Part shown: piece after piece, positions 62,017 to 64,000 of the stretch | Numbering within the stretch: position 1 is the first letter of the stretch | Layout of the letters: the number at the start of each line of letters is the position of its first letter | Assembly: GCA_963804165.1 (NCBI GenBank) | Contig: CAWDPO010000024.1 | Span: 32,001-96,000 of the forward strand | Length of the DNA stretch: 64,000 nucleotides | Reading direction: 5' to 3' | Source of the DNA: an uncultured delta proteobacterium | Lineage (GTDB): Bacteria; Desulfobacterota; Binatia; UBA9968 | Notes under the pieces: generated by a model | What the model saw: only the letters and a program-made list of their open reading frames with translations | Database searches by the model: none | Told to the model about the DNA's origin: nothing | Position numbers and translations under genes: made by a program

Positions 62017-62209
62017 GCCGGATAATCTGTGAGGCGAGGAAAGAACCCAACCACGGCATGCCGATGCTCGATACCGGCCATCGTTGGACGCGAGAAGGTA
62101 AGCGAAATTTCCGGTTTGTCCATCGGAGCCGAAAAAACGGTTGGTCCGGCTCGTCACCCTGAAGAGCAGAGCTATTTTTCTCCACCCAACATCGCCGCTT
62201 GGTCTACTA

Positions 62210-62455
62210 TCACTTGATCACCTTGTCCGCCCCGCGCCAGCACGTGGGCGGTACCATTACACCGATCTGCTTCGCCGTCCTTAACTTGACGACGAACCCA
62301 AACTTCGTCGGCTGCTCAACGGGCAGGTCGGCAGGCTTGGTGCCCTTCAAAATTTTGTCGCACGCACAACGAACACGCTCGCCCCACAGCTCAGGAATGT
62401 TCGGACCATACCCCATGAGGCCGCCGTCCTCTGCATGCTCCCGGAGAGGAGCCAT
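62210..62455 (-). pseudogene. 3' fragment of an ABC substrate-binding protein (ABC_sub_bind type)
   Basis: GGLMGYGP..DKILKGTKPADLPVEQPTKF..V..TAKQIG..P...ADKVIK; 5' part missing and degenerate. Confidence 0.75.
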
Positions 62456-62580
62456 TAGAGGAACGCTGGTGCTTCATGGCGAACTCGAAGCCCAACTAAT
62501 AAGTATATTGCCGCATTGCTAGCAGTGTATTACGTTCCGGTTTTCGTTCTCAATAAAGCTAAACTGCGCAAAATATCACC

Positions 62581-62965
62581 CGCCTACCCGTGCGGGATTG
62601 GGCACGATGTAGCGGCGGAGCTCCAGGAGATGAGATTCCTTATCCACCAGGATCGCCTTGAACCGGCCTTGAAACAGGTGGCCGACCCGTTTGTGACGGC
62701 GGTTTAAAACTCTGAGTATAGATCCCGTTGAGCTGGCGCATGCCAATGGACAGATTGGCCTTGGGCGTCTCGATCAGCAAACGATAATGATTGGCCATCA
62801 AACGTAGGCGTGACAAATCCAAGCATAACGACTGACCGCCCCGGAGAGAGTATTGAGAAACAACTCGCGGTCGGCGTCCGTAAAAAACACTTTCTGGCGC
62901 GCCTTGCCGCGGCTCGTCACATGATGAATCGCACGGGCAAATTCTAGGCGTAGGGGGCGCGCCAT
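62581..62965 (-). pseudogene. Decayed REP-associated tyrosine (Y1) transposase, N-terminal part
   Basis: MARPLRLEF..AIHHVTSRG.ARQKVF..D.DR..FL...HAY-fs-LMANHYRLLIETP.ANLS.GMRQLNG.YTQ.F-fs-RRHKRVGHLFQGRFKAILVD; HUH motif reads HYR. Confidence 0.85.
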
Positions 62966-63091
62966 AGCCCTGCTTTCTTTATCCGATGACGAGATGTGTC
63001 ATTGCAAGACCTCTCCCCTTTTCTTCCGGTCCCTTTTCTTCCGCCAAACATGCTATAGCTCTAATGGCTCAGAGCTTCTACACGGGTAGCT

Positions 63092-63444
63092 ATGCCAAAA
63101 ACAATCCTCGTGGTTGACAACGAACTTCGTAGTCGGCAGCTCATCGCTCACCTGTTGCGCGAGGAGGGTTATAAGGTAGACGAGGCGGACGACGGTGTAA
63201 GCGCACTCGAAATACTTGAAAAGAAGATCTTTGATCTTATGATTTGTGATGTCGTCATGCCGCGCCTTAACGCATTCGGCGTCCTCGGTTACATGAAGTC
63301 CCGCTCATTATCGACTTCAATTATCCTCATAACCGGTCACCCCAATTTGCTTGCGGACAAAGGGCTCGGAAGCTTAACCTGTTTAATGAAGCCTTTAACA
63401 TGTATGATCTATTGCATAAGGTCAAAGAAATGTTGGGTAAATAA
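63092..63444 (+). CDS. Single-domain response regulator (REC); frameshift ~63395
   Basis: ILVVDNE, DLMICDVVMP, ITG, KP; the shifted frame gives FNMYDLLHKVKEMLGK*. Confidence 0.8.
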
Positions 63445-63599
63445 ACGCAGTGAAACCACTTTCTACGTGAGTCGCTACAACGCCGTCATGACCGACCTGT
63501 TCACGGCTTTTTATTGTTATAACAGCACTAAGACATGTTGAATATTTTTCGGCAAAGAGATATTTGGCAACCAAGTTCAGCGATAGCGGAGTGTGTAAT

Positions 63600-64000
63600 A
63601 TGAAAGCAGTTCGCGTCCACAATCCCGGCGGTCCTGAAGTTCTGACCTATGAAGACATCCCGATGCCTGAGCCCAAAGCCGGCGAGGTGCGCGTGAAGAT
63701 CGACGCGACCGGAATGAACTTCATCGACATTTATCATCGTACTGGACTCTATCCGCTGAAAACCCCGTTTACGCTCGGAGTGGAAGGCGCCGGCACTGTC
63801 GACGCGGTCGGGGACGGCGTGACGGAAGTCAAAAAGGGCGAGCGCGTCGCTTACGCGATGATCCCGGGTTCCTACGCCGAATACGCGATCGTGCCCGCAG
63901 CGAGGCTCGTTCCGGTGCCGGGAAATGTCGATACCAAAACGGCCGCGGCGACTATGCTCCAAGGCATGACCGCGCATTATCTTACGCGCGGCGCATACGA
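63600..64000 (+). CDS. qor: NADPH:quinone oxidoreductase (zeta-crystallin/Qor), partial
   Basis: [52 protein letters not shown]. Confidence 0.9.
   Translation, partial: MKAVRVHNPGGPEVLTYEDIPMPEPKAGEVRVKIDATGMNFIDIYHRTGLYPLKTPFTLGVEGAGTVDAVGDGVTEVKKGERVAYAMIPGSYAEYAIVPAARLVPVPGNVDTKTAAATMLQGMTAHYLTRGAY

Overview
This is GC-rich bacterial DNA. The gene repertoire (many NitT/TauT- and Bug/TctC-type solute-binding proteins, amidohydrolase, EutA, MoxR cluster) resembles soil Binatia/Deltaproteobacteria; that assignment is inference. Many conserved genes carry single-base frameshifts, most likely uncorrected long-read errors. From 1 to 45 kb the window is mostly chromosomal. It holds a hidden selenoprotein, grdA, with an in-frame TGA in C-x-x-U and a downstream SECIS-like hairpin, next to grdC but with no grdB/D/E or trx nearby. 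It also holds lemA-htpX, an IS256 with a 9-bp target duplication, and a translationally coupled operon of a catalytically altered tryptophanase-family enzyme, an acyl-CoA ligase and two SDRs. Further on are a CutA-Nudix fusion, hisI-hisG, a ferredoxin/TPR/carboxyltransferase/EutA group and a long DUF4175-TPR peptidase-MoxR-DUF58-BatA-DUF4159-GATase cluster. From about 45 to 63.5 kb is an accessory general-stress/iron region: NDH-2, CsbD, PRC-barrel, Family 1 encapsulin with encapsulated ferritin, Fet4, SOD, USP and DUF1328/3096/1206. That region has at least four sigma54 -24/-12 motifs, three internally duplicated genes, decayed RAYT-type transposase fragments and a possibly phage-derived orphan. 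No rRNA, tRNA or CRISPR array was recognised.
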